Shown: positions 20,588 through 29,683 of the stretch, piece after piece
Layout of the letters: the number at the start of each line of letters is the position of its first letter
Position numbering within the stretch: position 1 is the stretch's first letter
From: Sulfurimonas sp.
GTDB taxonomy: Bacteria > Campylobacterota > Campylobacteria > Campylobacterales > Sulfurimonadaceae
Assembly (NCBI RefSeq): GCF_023228785.1
Contig: NZ_JALOAN010000010.1
Coordinates: 7,198-71,197, forward strand
Direction: 5' to 3'
DNA: 64,000 bases
Notes under the pieces: generated by a model
The model's input: the letters and a program-made list of their open reading frames with translations, nothing else
Told to the model about the DNA's origin: nothing
The model's database searches: none
Position numbers and translations under genes: made by a program

Positions 20588-21298
20588 CTACTCTTTTCCT
20601 GCTAGAGTCGTACTCCAACCCTCATAATATCCGCCAAATTCTTTTACTTTTTCGTAGAGTTCATTTACAACTTCGCTAACTTCTTCTTGAGTGGGCGCGT
20701 GAACTTTAACAAGTGCGATGCCATTATCAAACTCATCACTACTTATCTCATCTTTAAATCTCACACCCTCAAGATCTAGATTTTCTAAAAATCTATCTTT
20801 TTGTGATGGAGTCTCAAACGAGAGATAGTGTTCAACATCTCTTTTGATACTTAGATCATCTTCCTCTTCTTCGAGCATAAAGATGATTTTATCACTCTCT
20901 ATGTGGCAAAATTCTAACTCACTAGGATAGAGTTCTTTTTCATAAAAATTCCACTTTGTATCTCTTACAACATTACTTTCATAAACATATGAAGATGGAG
21001 TGAGTATCTTTGAAGTGATGGCATCTAGTTGTTTTGAATCCATAGCATAAAAGTAAAATTCAGCCCAACCTTCATAGAGTCTACTTCCTACAAAAACTGC
21101 TCTATCATAATGTTCTAGTGCAATTATTAGTGACTCTTTTGTCTCTAAAAACTCTTCATATTTCTCATCTGTAGTAGCATCTTGCTTTAAAAATACACTA
21201 AATAACCAAGGGTTCATATCTTTTGCATCAGACGCTTCAATATTTGTCTCTATAACCATCTCACAAGAGTCTTGGACTCTTTTAAATATCTCTCTCAT
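20588..21298 (-). CDS. DUF695-family protein with RraB-like C-terminal domain
   Basis: Acidic protein; WAEFYFYA, WNFYEKELYP, RDVEHYLSF, GGYYEGWST patterns. Confidence 0.65.
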   Translation of the reverse strand: MREIFKRVQDSCEMVIETNIEASDAKDMNPWLFSVFLKQDATTDEKYEEFLETKESLIIALEHYDRAVFVGSRLYEGWAEFYFYAMDSKQLDAITSKILTPSSYVYESNVVRDTKWNFYEKELYPSELEFCHIESDKIIFMLEEEEDDLSIKRDVEHYLSFETPSQKDRFLENLDLEGVRFKDEISSDEFDNGIALVKVHAPTQEEVSEVVNELYEKVKEFGGYYEGWSTTLAGKE

Positions 21299-21354
21299 TT
21301 GACTCTTTTATATTTTTACCAAATTATATCTCATTAATAATAAAAGATATGAAA

Positions 21355-23025
21355 TCAGTCGTATATCAAAACCTCAAAAACATCTTTAAAGGCAATCGGA
21401 TAAGCTATATTTGCAAACTTTAGTTCATCTCTATACTCTTTAATCTCTTCTTGTCTTTGCTCTTTTGTTATAAAGTAAATTCCATTTACAACAGCTTCAT
21501 TTTTTAACTCAGGATACTTTTTATATAAAAGATTTAAAAACTCAACTCCATTTTTAAAGCCTGATCCCATATAGTCATAATCTATGACTATTTTATTTGG
21601 CTTATTACTGCCCAACCACGCTTCTAAAATCGTACTTTTTGCGAAACAAAAAACACCCCAATTTTTAAAAGTATCACCCATAGTTATTTTAAAAAACTCA
21701 AGTGTTTTTAACTCTGCTGATATTACTACGAGCTTTTGCATCTCATATGGCGCATAATCTCTTAACTCTTTAGTGGTTATCTTACCCTTAAAATGCAAAA
21801 ACGTAGAGCTACAAGGTATTGCTTTTGGCATATTTTTCTTAAAAAATCTATGTATTTCGCTTGAACTCTTAACTCTTTTAAATATATAAAACTCAAGGCT
21901 TGAACAGTAGTGTTTGTTTAGAGCATAAGTTATCTTTAGTATTTTACTCAAACGATTTTTTATCTCAATCCCCAAAGCTCTTGAGAGGCTTGCTGCTTTT
22001 ATACTTTTAAAAACTTCTTTGTTTTTTAAAAAATCATATAAAAACTCTGAAAATTCAGATATTTCTTTAAATTCAGACATAAGTTTTAAAAGTTTTTCAT
22101 CTTCAAACTCACAATCTATCTTGGTAAGTTCTTTTATTGTGTACTCAAAATGTGGTGCGAAAAGTTTATTATCTACTCGTGGAAACTTTTTTACATGGCT
22201 TGTTGTCATAGATAGTGTGTCAAAAGTATTTGATATGAGTGCAGTTACTATCTCTGTTGGGCGTAAATTTTTAGAATTTACATAGTCTAACTCTTTTTTA
22301 AAATCATCCATAAGCCCTATATGGTACTTTTTTACATTTGGGGCATTTTCTTTTCGCTTTAGTATGCACTTGATTCTTTTATGACTTACAATATGATCAA
22401 CTTGTGTCTCAAAAAGGTAGATGCTAAGTATGGAGTAAAGAAGTTCAGGATACTCTTCTTTTGTAATTTGTGCGTTGGAAAATGATTCATCTATGATTAG
22501 ATCTAGACTATCTGTAACAGAGTCTATACCTATATCTACAAGATACAAGAAACACATCTTTTCTATAAACTCTTTTTTTTCTACCTGCTCTATTTTTATA
22601 TTTTGAAGTTCTATGTTTTGCAGTAATTTTCGCTTTTGTAGAGATTTAAACTCTTCTGCAAAACTCTCATATCTAAACGGTTTGTAGATAATACCTAAGA
22701 TGCTATCTTCTATCTCGCTCTTTAGGATCAGATGCGTACTTGAGGATGTTACAAAAACAACTTCAAGATTGGATAGTTTGCCCGTATCTTTTAATATCTC
22801 TATAAACTCATCACCATTTAAATATGGCATATTTATATCAGTTACAATAAGCTTTATATCATAAGCCCTACCCATAACTTCGAAAGCTTCCATACCATCA
22901 GATGCACTATAGATAGAGTCGTCTGCAAAATGATATCCATCTATAGTGTTTGTTAGTAGTGATCTTTTTATAATCTTGACAATCATGGGACTATCATCAA
23001 CTATAAGTGCTGGAGTAACTCTCAT
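21355..23025 (-). CDS. Response regulator: N-terminal receiver, long unknown helical region, C-terminal receiver-like domain
   Basis: LIVDDS, VTDINMPYLNG, FVTS, YKPF in the N-terminus; PNKIVIDYD...NGVEFL...YFIT at the C-terminus. Confidence 0.75.
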   Translation of the reverse strand: MRVTPALIVDDSPMIVKIIKRSLLTNTIDGYHFADDSIYSASDGMEAFEVMGRAYDIKLIVTDINMPYLNGDEFIEILKDTGKLSNLEVVFVTSSSTHLILKSEIEDSILGIIYKPFRYESFAEEFKSLQKRKLLQNIELQNIKIEQVEKKEFIEKMCFLYLVDIGIDSVTDSLDLIIDESFSNAQITKEEYPELLYSILSIYLFETQVDHIVSHKRIKCILKRKENAPNVKKYHIGLMDDFKKELDYVNSKNLRPTEIVTALISNTFDTLSMTTSHVKKFPRVDNKLFAPHFEYTIKELTKIDCEFEDEKLLKLMSEFKEISEFSEFLYDFLKNKEVFKSIKAASLSRALGIEIKNRLSKILKITYALNKHYCSSLEFYIFKRVKSSSEIHRFFKKNMPKAIPCSSTFLHFKGKITTKELRDYAPYEMQKLVVISAELKTLEFFKITMGDTFKNWGVFCFAKSTILEAWLGSNKPNKIVIDYDYMGSGFKNGVEFLNLLYKKYPELKNEAVVNGIYFITKEQRQEEIKEYRDELKFANIAYPIAFKDVFEVLIYD

Positions 23026-23048
23026 GGTTTATATTGCATTTAAATTTC

Positions 23049-24077
23049 TTAGATGCTTATAGTTTCATTTACTTCAAGTCCAAAACCGCCAAGTCCTACA
23101 AACTCAGCTTGTTTTAGCGAAGTTAAAAGGTTCATTTTTGAGACTCCTAGAGATTTGAGTATCTGTGCACCGGTTCCTATCTCTTTCATAGCAGCATTAT
23201 CTTGATGGTTAGTTTTATTTATAAAAACTAAGACACCGCTATTTTTTTTAAGATATTCTATGGAGTTTATAAGGTTGTTGTATTTTTTTTGATTTAGTAG
23301 AAGTTCTATATCAGGGATAACATTGTGAACTCTTACATTTGAGATCTCTGATGCAGAGTAAAAGACTATAGCAGTATGTTCTATTTTGTCATGATCTTCA
23401 AACTTATGTTGCTTTACTTTTACACCAAAAAACTCGATCTCTTGGACACTCACTTCTTTTACTAGTCTCTCATTTGCTAAGCGATACTCAACTATATCAG
23501 AGATAAAAACTGTCTTTAGATTGTGTGTTTCTCCAAAGATATCTAGATCATCTCGTCTAGCCATTGTTCCATCTTCTTTGATAATCTCACAAATAACAGC
23601 AGAGTCACTTAGACCTGCTAAACGACATAGATCTACTGAACCCTCTGTATGTCCAGTTCTAACAAGAGTTCCACCATCTTTAGCAATAAGTGGAAAAATA
23701 TGCCCCGGTTTTACCAACTCATCTGCTCTTGAGATTGGATTTGCAAGGATCTTGATAGTATCATCTCTCTCACCCGCTGAAATACCAGTTAGTGCATCTC
23801 TTGCATCTACAGAAACAGTAAATGCCGTCTCATATGATGATGTGTTTGAACTTACCATTGGGTTAAGTTCTAGTCTTGATGCTATAGGCTTGCTAATAGC
23901 AACACAAATGAGTCCTCTTGCGTGTGTAGCCATGAAATTTACATGCTTAGGTGTAGAAAAAGCTGATGCATAAACTAAATCGCCCTCATTTTCTCTATCT
24001 TCATCATCCACCATGATGACCATATTTCCCTTTTTTATCTCGTCTATCGCTTGAAGTACTCTTTGTGTAGGTGTCAT
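23049..24077 (-). CDS. ribB: 3,4-dihydroxy-2-butanone 4-phosphate synthase fused to a degenerate GTP cyclohydrolase II domain
   Basis: DDEDRENEGD, RTGHTEG, VICEI; C-terminal domain lacks the GCH II zinc-binding cysteines; start at ATG 24077 (MTPTQ). Confidence 0.9.
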   Translation of the reverse strand: MTPTQRVLQAIDEIKKGNMVIMVDDEDRENEGDLVYASAFSTPKHVNFMATHARGLICVAISKPIASRLELNPMVSSNTSSYETAFTVSVDARDALTGISAGERDDTIKILANPISRADELVKPGHIFPLIAKDGGTLVRTGHTEGSVDLCRLAGLSDSAVICEIIKEDGTMARRDDLDIFGETHNLKTVFISDIVEYRLANERLVKEVSVQEIEFFGVKVKQHKFEDHDKIEHTAIVFYSASEISNVRVHNVIPDIELLLNQKKYNNLINSIEYLKKNSGVLVFINKTNHQDNAAMKEIGTGAQILKSLGVSKMNLLTSLKQAEFVGLGGFGLEVNETISI

Positions 24078-24220
24078 TAACTCTTCTTTTTTATGGTATA
24101 TTTTATAAGAATTATACACAAGATAGTTTAATCTCAACTATCATCAGAGATTTAAGTTTTGTATAAAAAAGACTATTTATTCACAAAAAGTTATGTTTTA
24201 CATATTTTTCTTAAAATCAC

Positions 24221-24249
24221 TTGACAAAGCCAACTCTTTTGCCTATAAT
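24221..24249 (+). promoter_or_regulatory. Sigma70-type promoter for the tRNA operon
   Basis: TTGACA (24221-26), 17-bp spacer, TATAAT (24244-49), 38 bp upstream of tRNA-fMet. Confidence 0.85.
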
Positions 24250-24287
24250 TTCGCTCCAACAAACATATTAGACTTGTTTGTTAACAC

Positions 24288-24364
<77 letters not shown>

Positions 24365-24382
24365 ATTTCTACATTTAAATGA

Positions 24383-24457
24383 TGGGGTATCGCCAAGCGG
24401 TAAGGCATCAGCTTTTGGTGCTGACATTCGGGGGTTCGAATCCCTCTACCCCATCCA
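24383..24457 (+). tRNA. tRNA-Gln (TTG), copy 1
   Basis: 75 nt; U1-A72, anticodon arm TCAGC-TTTTGGT-GCTGA, GTTCGAATC T-loop, CCA. Confidence 0.96.
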
Positions 24458-24480
24458 CAAACTCCTATTTATAGGCATAT

Positions 24481-24557
<77 letters not shown>

Positions 24558-24796
24558 ATACATACTTCAACCAAAATCATCTTTTTTTACTAAAATAAAC
24601 AAAAGTTTAAATATATACAATATTTCAAAGTATTTAAATTGTCAACTAAATATTAATTTTTTTAATATATTAACTGTTTTTATGTTAGTGTGACTATTTA
24701 GAATTTACATGATTGGATAACAATAAATAGTTGCTGTTTGCATTATCAATCTGCATAAACAGCTTGAAATTACTATAAAAGAGAAAGAGGGAAAAA

Positions 24797-25579
24797 ATGA
24801 AAAGAATAGTTATTAAAGTTGGAAGCAGTGTTTTAACAGAGACCACAAATATAGCAGAAGAGAGGATGTTACGTCTTGTCTCTTTAATTACTGAAGCTAG
24901 AAAAAAATATGAAGTCATCTTAGTCTCATCTGGCGCTGTTTCGGCTGGATATACGGCAGTTAAGTTAAATAGAACTATACCTACAAGTAAAAAAGTTTTA
25001 GCTTCTGTTGGGCAGTCTATTTTGATGAGTTCTTACAAAAATATGTTTGATATTTATGATGTAACTATTTCTCAAATACTCTTAACAGAGGAAGATTTTG
25101 ACTCAAAAGTACATACTAGAATTTTTCAAGATATTATAGACAGAACATTAAAGCATGATATCTTGCCTATTGTAAACGAAAATGACATCTCAACAACTCC
25201 AGATCAGCTATTTGGAGACAACGACCAGCTATCCGCGCATGTTGCTTACTATACAGGAGCTGATATTCTTGTCATATTAAGCGATATTGACGGTTATTAC
25301 GACTCTAACCCCAAAGATAATCCTAAAGCGCAAATAAGAAAATTTGTAACCCAATTAAACGAAAGTGAGTTAAATCAGGAGCACACACCAAATTCTCAAT
25401 TTGCAACAGGTGGAATTGTCACAAAATTAAAAGCGGCCGAGTATCTTATGAATAAGGATAGAAAGATGTTTTTATGTAATGGCTATGATTTAACATCTGC
25501 TAGAGAGTTTTTGATAGAAGGCATTCATAACAAAGGTACTCTCTTTAGTAAGAAAAAAGAAGAAAAAAAAGATAAATAA
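24797..25579 (+). CDS. proB: Glutamate 5-kinase (no PUA domain)
   Basis: RIVIKVGSS, VSSGAV, PIVNEND, FGDNDQLSA, TGGIVTKL. Confidence 0.93.
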   Translation: MKRIVIKVGSSVLTETTNIAEERMLRLVSLITEARKKYEVILVSSGAVSAGYTAVKLNRTIPTSKKVLASVGQSILMSSYKNMFDIYDVTISQILLTEEDFDSKVHTRIFQDIIDRTLKHDILPIVNENDISTTPDQLFGDNDQLSAHVAYYTGADILVILSDIDGYYDSNPKDNPKAQIRKFVTQLNESELNQEHTPNSQFATGGIVTKLKAAEYLMNKDRKMFLCNGYDLTSAREFLIEGIHNKGTLFSKKKEEKKDK

Positions 25580-25596
25580 GAGCACCTTTAAAAGGT

Positions 25597-26736
25597 TTAA
25601 GCATTTAAAAGTGAAAGCATCTGAGTTGTGAGCACTCCTATTTGTGTTTCAATAGATGTTTTTTCACCCTCTTTGGCGTGAAAGAGTTTTGATTCAAGAG
25701 TTCTTATCTTCTTTTGTAGTTTAGTCAAAACATCGTCATCTTCACTCTCTTTGTCTACTTTATTTTGATTATCTACATAGATTTTATTCATCTTAAGTAA
25801 AGAAGAGTTTTTTTGTAAAGTTTCAAACACATTTAAGTTTTTCTGTGTCTCTACAGCTAGATCTATATGAGAAATAACTCCAGCTCTACCGCTCTCAAAA
25901 AGAACTATACCACTCTTTCTCATCTCGCCTAAAAGCTCATTAGAACTAGACTTCAGACTAAAAGGAGTCTCGGTATTTCCCAAAAATATTGCCCCAATAC
26001 CTACTTCACCCAAAGCTAAGAGTTCATCTTTGTTGTCAGTTTTTTGCCAGATCCTAAGTTTGTCAAAGATCTTGTCATTTGCATCTATCCAACCGTTATT
26101 GTCATCATCATATTTGCTCAAATCTGCAAAACCATCTCCACTCTTGGTTCCAAAAAGCTCGCTTCCATTATCTATGCGACCATTGTTGTTTTTGTCAAGT
26201 GCTAAAAAACCACTCCCATCTTTTAGTAGCGATATTTGATCACTTCTTCCATCGCTATCTATATCAAATGAAAATTGCTTTGAACTAAGGTTTGGCATGA
26301 GTCCATCAAGAGAGATGACTAGAGGATCTTTTAGTGACTTACTTACTAACTCAGCACTTATTTGTGTTTTTTCTATAAAACTTCTTGAGAGAAGCAGGTC
26401 CATAGAGATCTCAAACTCTCTACCATTTGCTACAACTTTTGCTTCAACTGAGAAGTTTAGTGCTTGTGACTCCATGGTTGTTCTACTTATGACAAATTTA
26501 TCTTTAACAATTTTTGCAGATTCTGAGTTGATATTTTTTAAAATCGCTTTAGAGAGTTCTATGGAGAGTTCTTTGTTTGTCTCTAACTCTTTAGAATCTT
26601 GTTTTATAGCAGATACATTTACAGAGTTGTCTTTTTCAAAAGTCTGATTATCTTTTACTATGTTAGCTTCGGTTGATTGGTACTGCAAGTTGTAATATTG
26701 TGAGCTCATACTCACTGAGTAACTATCTATTCTCAT
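25597..26736 (-). CDS. Hypothetical protein with DxDxDG/VCBS-like calcium-binding motifs
   Basis: FDIDSDG, LALDKNNNGRIDNGSELFG, YDDDNNGWIDAND; start at ATG 26736 (MRIDSY) after a GAGG RBS. Confidence 0.7.
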   Translation of the reverse strand: MRIDSYSVSMSSQYYNLQYQSTEANIVKDNQTFEKDNSVNVSAIKQDSKELETNKELSIELSKAILKNINSESAKIVKDKFVISRTTMESQALNFSVEAKVVANGREFEISMDLLLSRSFIEKTQISAELVSKSLKDPLVISLDGLMPNLSSKQFSFDIDSDGRSDQISLLKDGSGFLALDKNNNGRIDNGSELFGTKSGDGFADLSKYDDDNNGWIDANDKIFDKLRIWQKTDNKDELLALGEVGIGAIFLGNTETPFSLKSSSNELLGEMRKSGIVLFESGRAGVISHIDLAVETQKNLNVFETLQKNSSLLKMNKIYVDNQNKVDKESEDDDVLTKLQKKIRTLESKLFHAKEGEKTSIETQIGVLTTQMLSLLNA

Positions 26737-26766
26737 GAATGATCCTCTTAACACTTTATATATAGA

Positions 26767-26793
26767 GTATCGACAAAAATAGTAAACCGCTTA
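26767..26793 (-). promoter_or_regulatory. Putative sigma28 (FliA) promoter
   Basis: Minus strand TAAG-N15-GTCGATAC versus consensus TAAA-N15-GCCGATAA, 30 bp upstream of ATG 26736. Confidence 0.6.
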
Positions 26794-26860
26794 ATCTCAA
26801 ATAACTTGCACTTTTAGACAATTCTAAGTTTCGTATGATAAAATTTTGCCATCATTTTAT

Positions 26861-26935
26861 TGGGGTATCGCCAAGCGGTAAGGCCGTGGCTTTTGGTGCC
26901 ACTATTCGGGGGTTCGAATCCCTCTACCCCATCCA
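26861..26935 (+). tRNA. tRNA-Gln (TTG), copy 2
   Basis: 75 nt; same as copy 1 except the anticodon-arm region (GTGGC-TTTTGGT-GCCAC and positions 26/44); CCA. Confidence 0.95.
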
Positions 26936-26982
26936 CATAAACGCACAAACTAAACAATCAAAAATCATTTAAAAGGTCAAAT

Positions 26983-27084
26983 ATGGAAGAGTTAGACGCA
27001 ACGACCATTATAGTTAGATCCCTAGTTCTTATTGTCATACTAGCAATCTTTTTCTTTGTTTTAAAAAGTAAGAAAAAAGATTAG
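26983..27084 (+). CDS. Small single-pass membrane protein (33 aa), absent from the ORF track
   Basis: AAAAGGT RBS 5 nt before ATG; MEELDATTIIVRSLVLIVILAIFFFVLKSKKKD*; acidic N-terminus, hydrophobic helix, basic tail. Confidence 0.65.
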   Translation: MEELDATTIIVRSLVLIVILAIFFFVLKSKKKD

Positions 27085-27578
27085 TCTTTTATATATTTAG
27101 CAGTTAGTTTTTTGATCTTTTTATAGATCTTCTCAAAGTCAGTTGAGTAAATTCTTGTATTTGCTAAGGCTGTTATAAAGTTTGTATCCCTACTCCACCT
27201 TGGAACTAGATGCATATGAATATGTTCAGCTATCCCTGCACCACCTGCTTTTCCTAAGTTCATACCTATGTTTACACCCTTTGCACCCAAGCCCTCTTTT
27301 AAAAGCCTAACACCCTTTTGAGCTAAAAGACTCATATGTAACCATGTTGCCTCATCTAGATCTTCTAGTTTGTCAGTATGTTTGTGAGGGATGATCATAA
27401 AATGCCCTGGAGTGTATGGGTATATATTCATAACCATAAAACAGTGTTCGTCTCTGTAAAGAACATGAGACTTTTTGTCCTCTTTTTTATGAGTGCTTAT
27501 GTGACAAAAAACACAGCCCTCTATCTTTTTACCAGCAATATAATCATCTCTCCATGGAGCATATAAAATATCTTTCAT
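27081..27578 (-). CDS. HIT family hydrolase
   Basis: CVFC, NIYPYTPGHFMIIP, GMNLGKAGGAGI, HIHMHLVPR histidine triad. Confidence 0.92.
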   Translation of the reverse strand: MKDILYAPWRDDYIAGKKIEGCVFCHISTHKKEDKKSHVLYRDEHCFMVMNIYPYTPGHFMIIPHKHTDKLEDLDEATWLHMSLLAQKGVRLLKEGLGAKGVNIGMNLGKAGGAGIAEHIHMHLVPRWSRDTNFITALANTRIYSTDFEKIYKKIKKLTAKYIKD

Positions 27579-27600
27579 CTTTATCTCTTTTTTTTAATAT

Positions 27601-27895
27601 TGAATGCTCTGAAAAATTATCAAATTGGATCCTGAATCAAGTTCAGGATGACGATTTTTTGGTTTAGCATGACGGTTTTTGGTTCAAGATGGCGGTTTTT
27701 TTGCTCAGGATGACACGTGCTGTCATTTCGTACTTAATAACGTGTTCCATCATTCCGTGCTTGACACACTCCATCATTCCGTGCTTGACACACTCCATCA
27801 TTCCGTGCTTGACACACTCCGTCATTCCGTGCTTGACACACTCCGTCATTCCGTGCTTGACACGGAATCTAGCTTATAAATTAATCAGAAAGTTC
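27601..27895. repeat. Composite CGTC-tagged REP doublet element, locus 1
   Basis: REP-B on minus strand (27627-27653); three degenerate 20-21 bp echoes of its arm; four 24-bp truncated REP-A units (27747-27842); full REP-A CGTCATTCCGTGCTTGACACGGAATCT ending 27870; flanks shared with locus 3. Confidence 0.9.
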
Positions 27896-27910
27896 TGTTA
27901 TGTATTTTAC

Positions 27911-29193
27911 CTAAACAAAAGCAAAAACCAAGTCTGGAAATAGCATAACAAGACCTATAGCCAAGAGTTGTAAAAGTATAAACGGGACAATTCCCCTGTA
28001 GATCTCACTTGAACTCACACTATCTCCAGCCACACCTTTTAAAAAGAACAGTGAAAGTCCAAATGGAGGTGTAAGAAACGAAGCTTGTAAATTTAGTGCA
28101 ATGAGGATCGCAAACCAGAGAGGATCTATGCCAAAACCCATCATAACAGGAACTAAAATTGGCACGATGATAAATGAGATCTCTATAAAGTCTATAAAAA
28201 AACCAACCACAAAGATGATGAGCATCGAAATTGCTATAAAAAACCAAACATTTCCAATGTCTTCATGAAAAAACTCAACTATAGCGTCAGTCCCTCCAAG
28301 TTCGTTAAAAACAAGAGAAAAGGCAGTAGATGCTATGAGTATCATAAATATCATACCGCTAAGTTTTACACTTCCTAGCGATGCATATTTTAACATCTCA
28401 AAATTTAGTGACTTGTTTATAAGACTTAAAATTATCGCCCCTATAACACCAAAAGCGGCTGACTCTGTAGGAGATGCAATACCTGCGAAGATACTCCCCA
28501 AAACGGAGAACATTAAAAGAAGTGGTGGACTATAGAAAGAGTTATCTCTTTTGCTGAGACATTTTGAACTTCTTTTGGGATCGGAGCTAGATCTGGCGAA
28601 AAATATGAACGGATCAATATATATGCGATATAAAGACAAACTAAAAGTGCTCCTGGCAAGACTGCTCCCATAAAGAGGTCACCAACACTAACACTCATAA
28701 CATCGCCTAAAATAATGAGAATAATGGAGGGCGGTATGATCTGTCCAAGCGTTCCAGAAGCCACAACAGTTCCTGATGCCAAAGACTTGTCATATCCAGC
28801 TTTTAACATAAGAGGAAGTGCTATAACACTCATCATAACTACAGAGGCGGAGACTATGCCAGTTGAAGCTGCGAGCATCGCGCCGACTAAAACCACACTA
28901 ACAGCCAAACCTCCACGAACTCCACGAAACAAAGCACTCATAGAGATCAAAAGTCTCTCAGCCATTTTTGACTTCTCTAAAATAAGCCCCATGGCAATAA
29001 AGAGCGGAACTGCCATAAGCGTTGAATTGCTCATGATCCCATAGATCCGAAGAGCCAAAATATCGAAGATTCCAAAACCTAGCTCTGGTATGAAAAAAGC
29101 AAAAACTATAGCCACACTTCCAAAAACAAAAGCTACTGGAATACCCACAAGTAAAAGTGCTAAGACAACTACAAATATAAAAATAGCCATCAT
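27911..29193 (-). pseudogene. dctM: TRAP transporter large permease DctM, split by a -1 frameshift (real or assembly error)
   Basis: 5' ORF 28513..29193 (LMAVPLF, ASGTLGQIIPPS) and 3' ORF (PPLLL...SPTESAA...FLTPPFG) join if one C is added at GTC-CA-CCA (GG at 28527-28528). Confidence 0.85.
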
Positions 29194-29681
29194 AGCGTTA
29201 CAGCTTCTTCTTTTAAGCTTTTTATATTTTTGTACGCATCGTTAATTGCCACAAGAGCCAAAAAAGCAAATGAGATTGGAAGAAGTGACTTCACTAAAAA
29301 CCTATATTCCAAGCCTCCAGGATTTGAAGAAGCTTCATTTTGAGCAAAACTAAGAGCTACAAAATCAACTCCTATATAGACTATCATACAAGAAAAAGGA
29401 AGCACAAAAAAGATTGAAGAGATGATGTTTATAATGGTTTTTTTCTTCTTTGAGTAAGAGGCGTAAAATATATCTACTCGAACATGAGCATTCTCTTTTA
29501 AAGTGTAGGCGATTCCAAAGAGAATAACCACATCAAAAAGATGCCACTCCAACTCTTGAAGTGCTACAGATCCACCTGAGAAAATATAGCGAGCAGTAGC
29601 ATCATAGACTATAAGTAGCACCAAGATAGCCAAGATAGAAGCCGTAAAATACCCTAAATACTTTATGCTTTTATCTATCAT
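29190..29681 (-). CDS. dctQ: TRAP transporter small permease DctQ
   Basis: Four TMs; RYIF...LQELEWHLF, HVRVDIFY; overlaps the dctM start. Confidence 0.9.
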   Translation of the reverse strand: MIDKSIKYLGYFTASILAILVLLIVYDATARYIFSGGSVALQELEWHLFDVVILFGIAYTLKENAHVRVDIFYASYSKKKKTIINIISSIFFVLPFSCMIVYIGVDFVALSFAQNEASSNPGGLEYRFLVKSLLPISFAFLALVAINDAYKNIKSLKEEAVTL

Positions 29682-29683
29682 TT

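Noticed and set aside
24694-24918. Minus-strand ORF overlapping the proB start
   Set aside because: Antisense to proB and its AT-rich promoter region; no coding features
26806-26839. Sigma70 promoter for tRNA-Gln copy 2
   Set aside because: TATGAT is present, but the candidate -35 boxes (TAGACA, TTGCAC) are spaced 13 and 22 bp away, so I cannot call it
27664-27943. ORFs 27664..27849, 27679..27879, 27689..27943
   Set aside because: Translations of the 24-bp tandem REP units (periodic peptides), open only because the unit length is a multiple of 3
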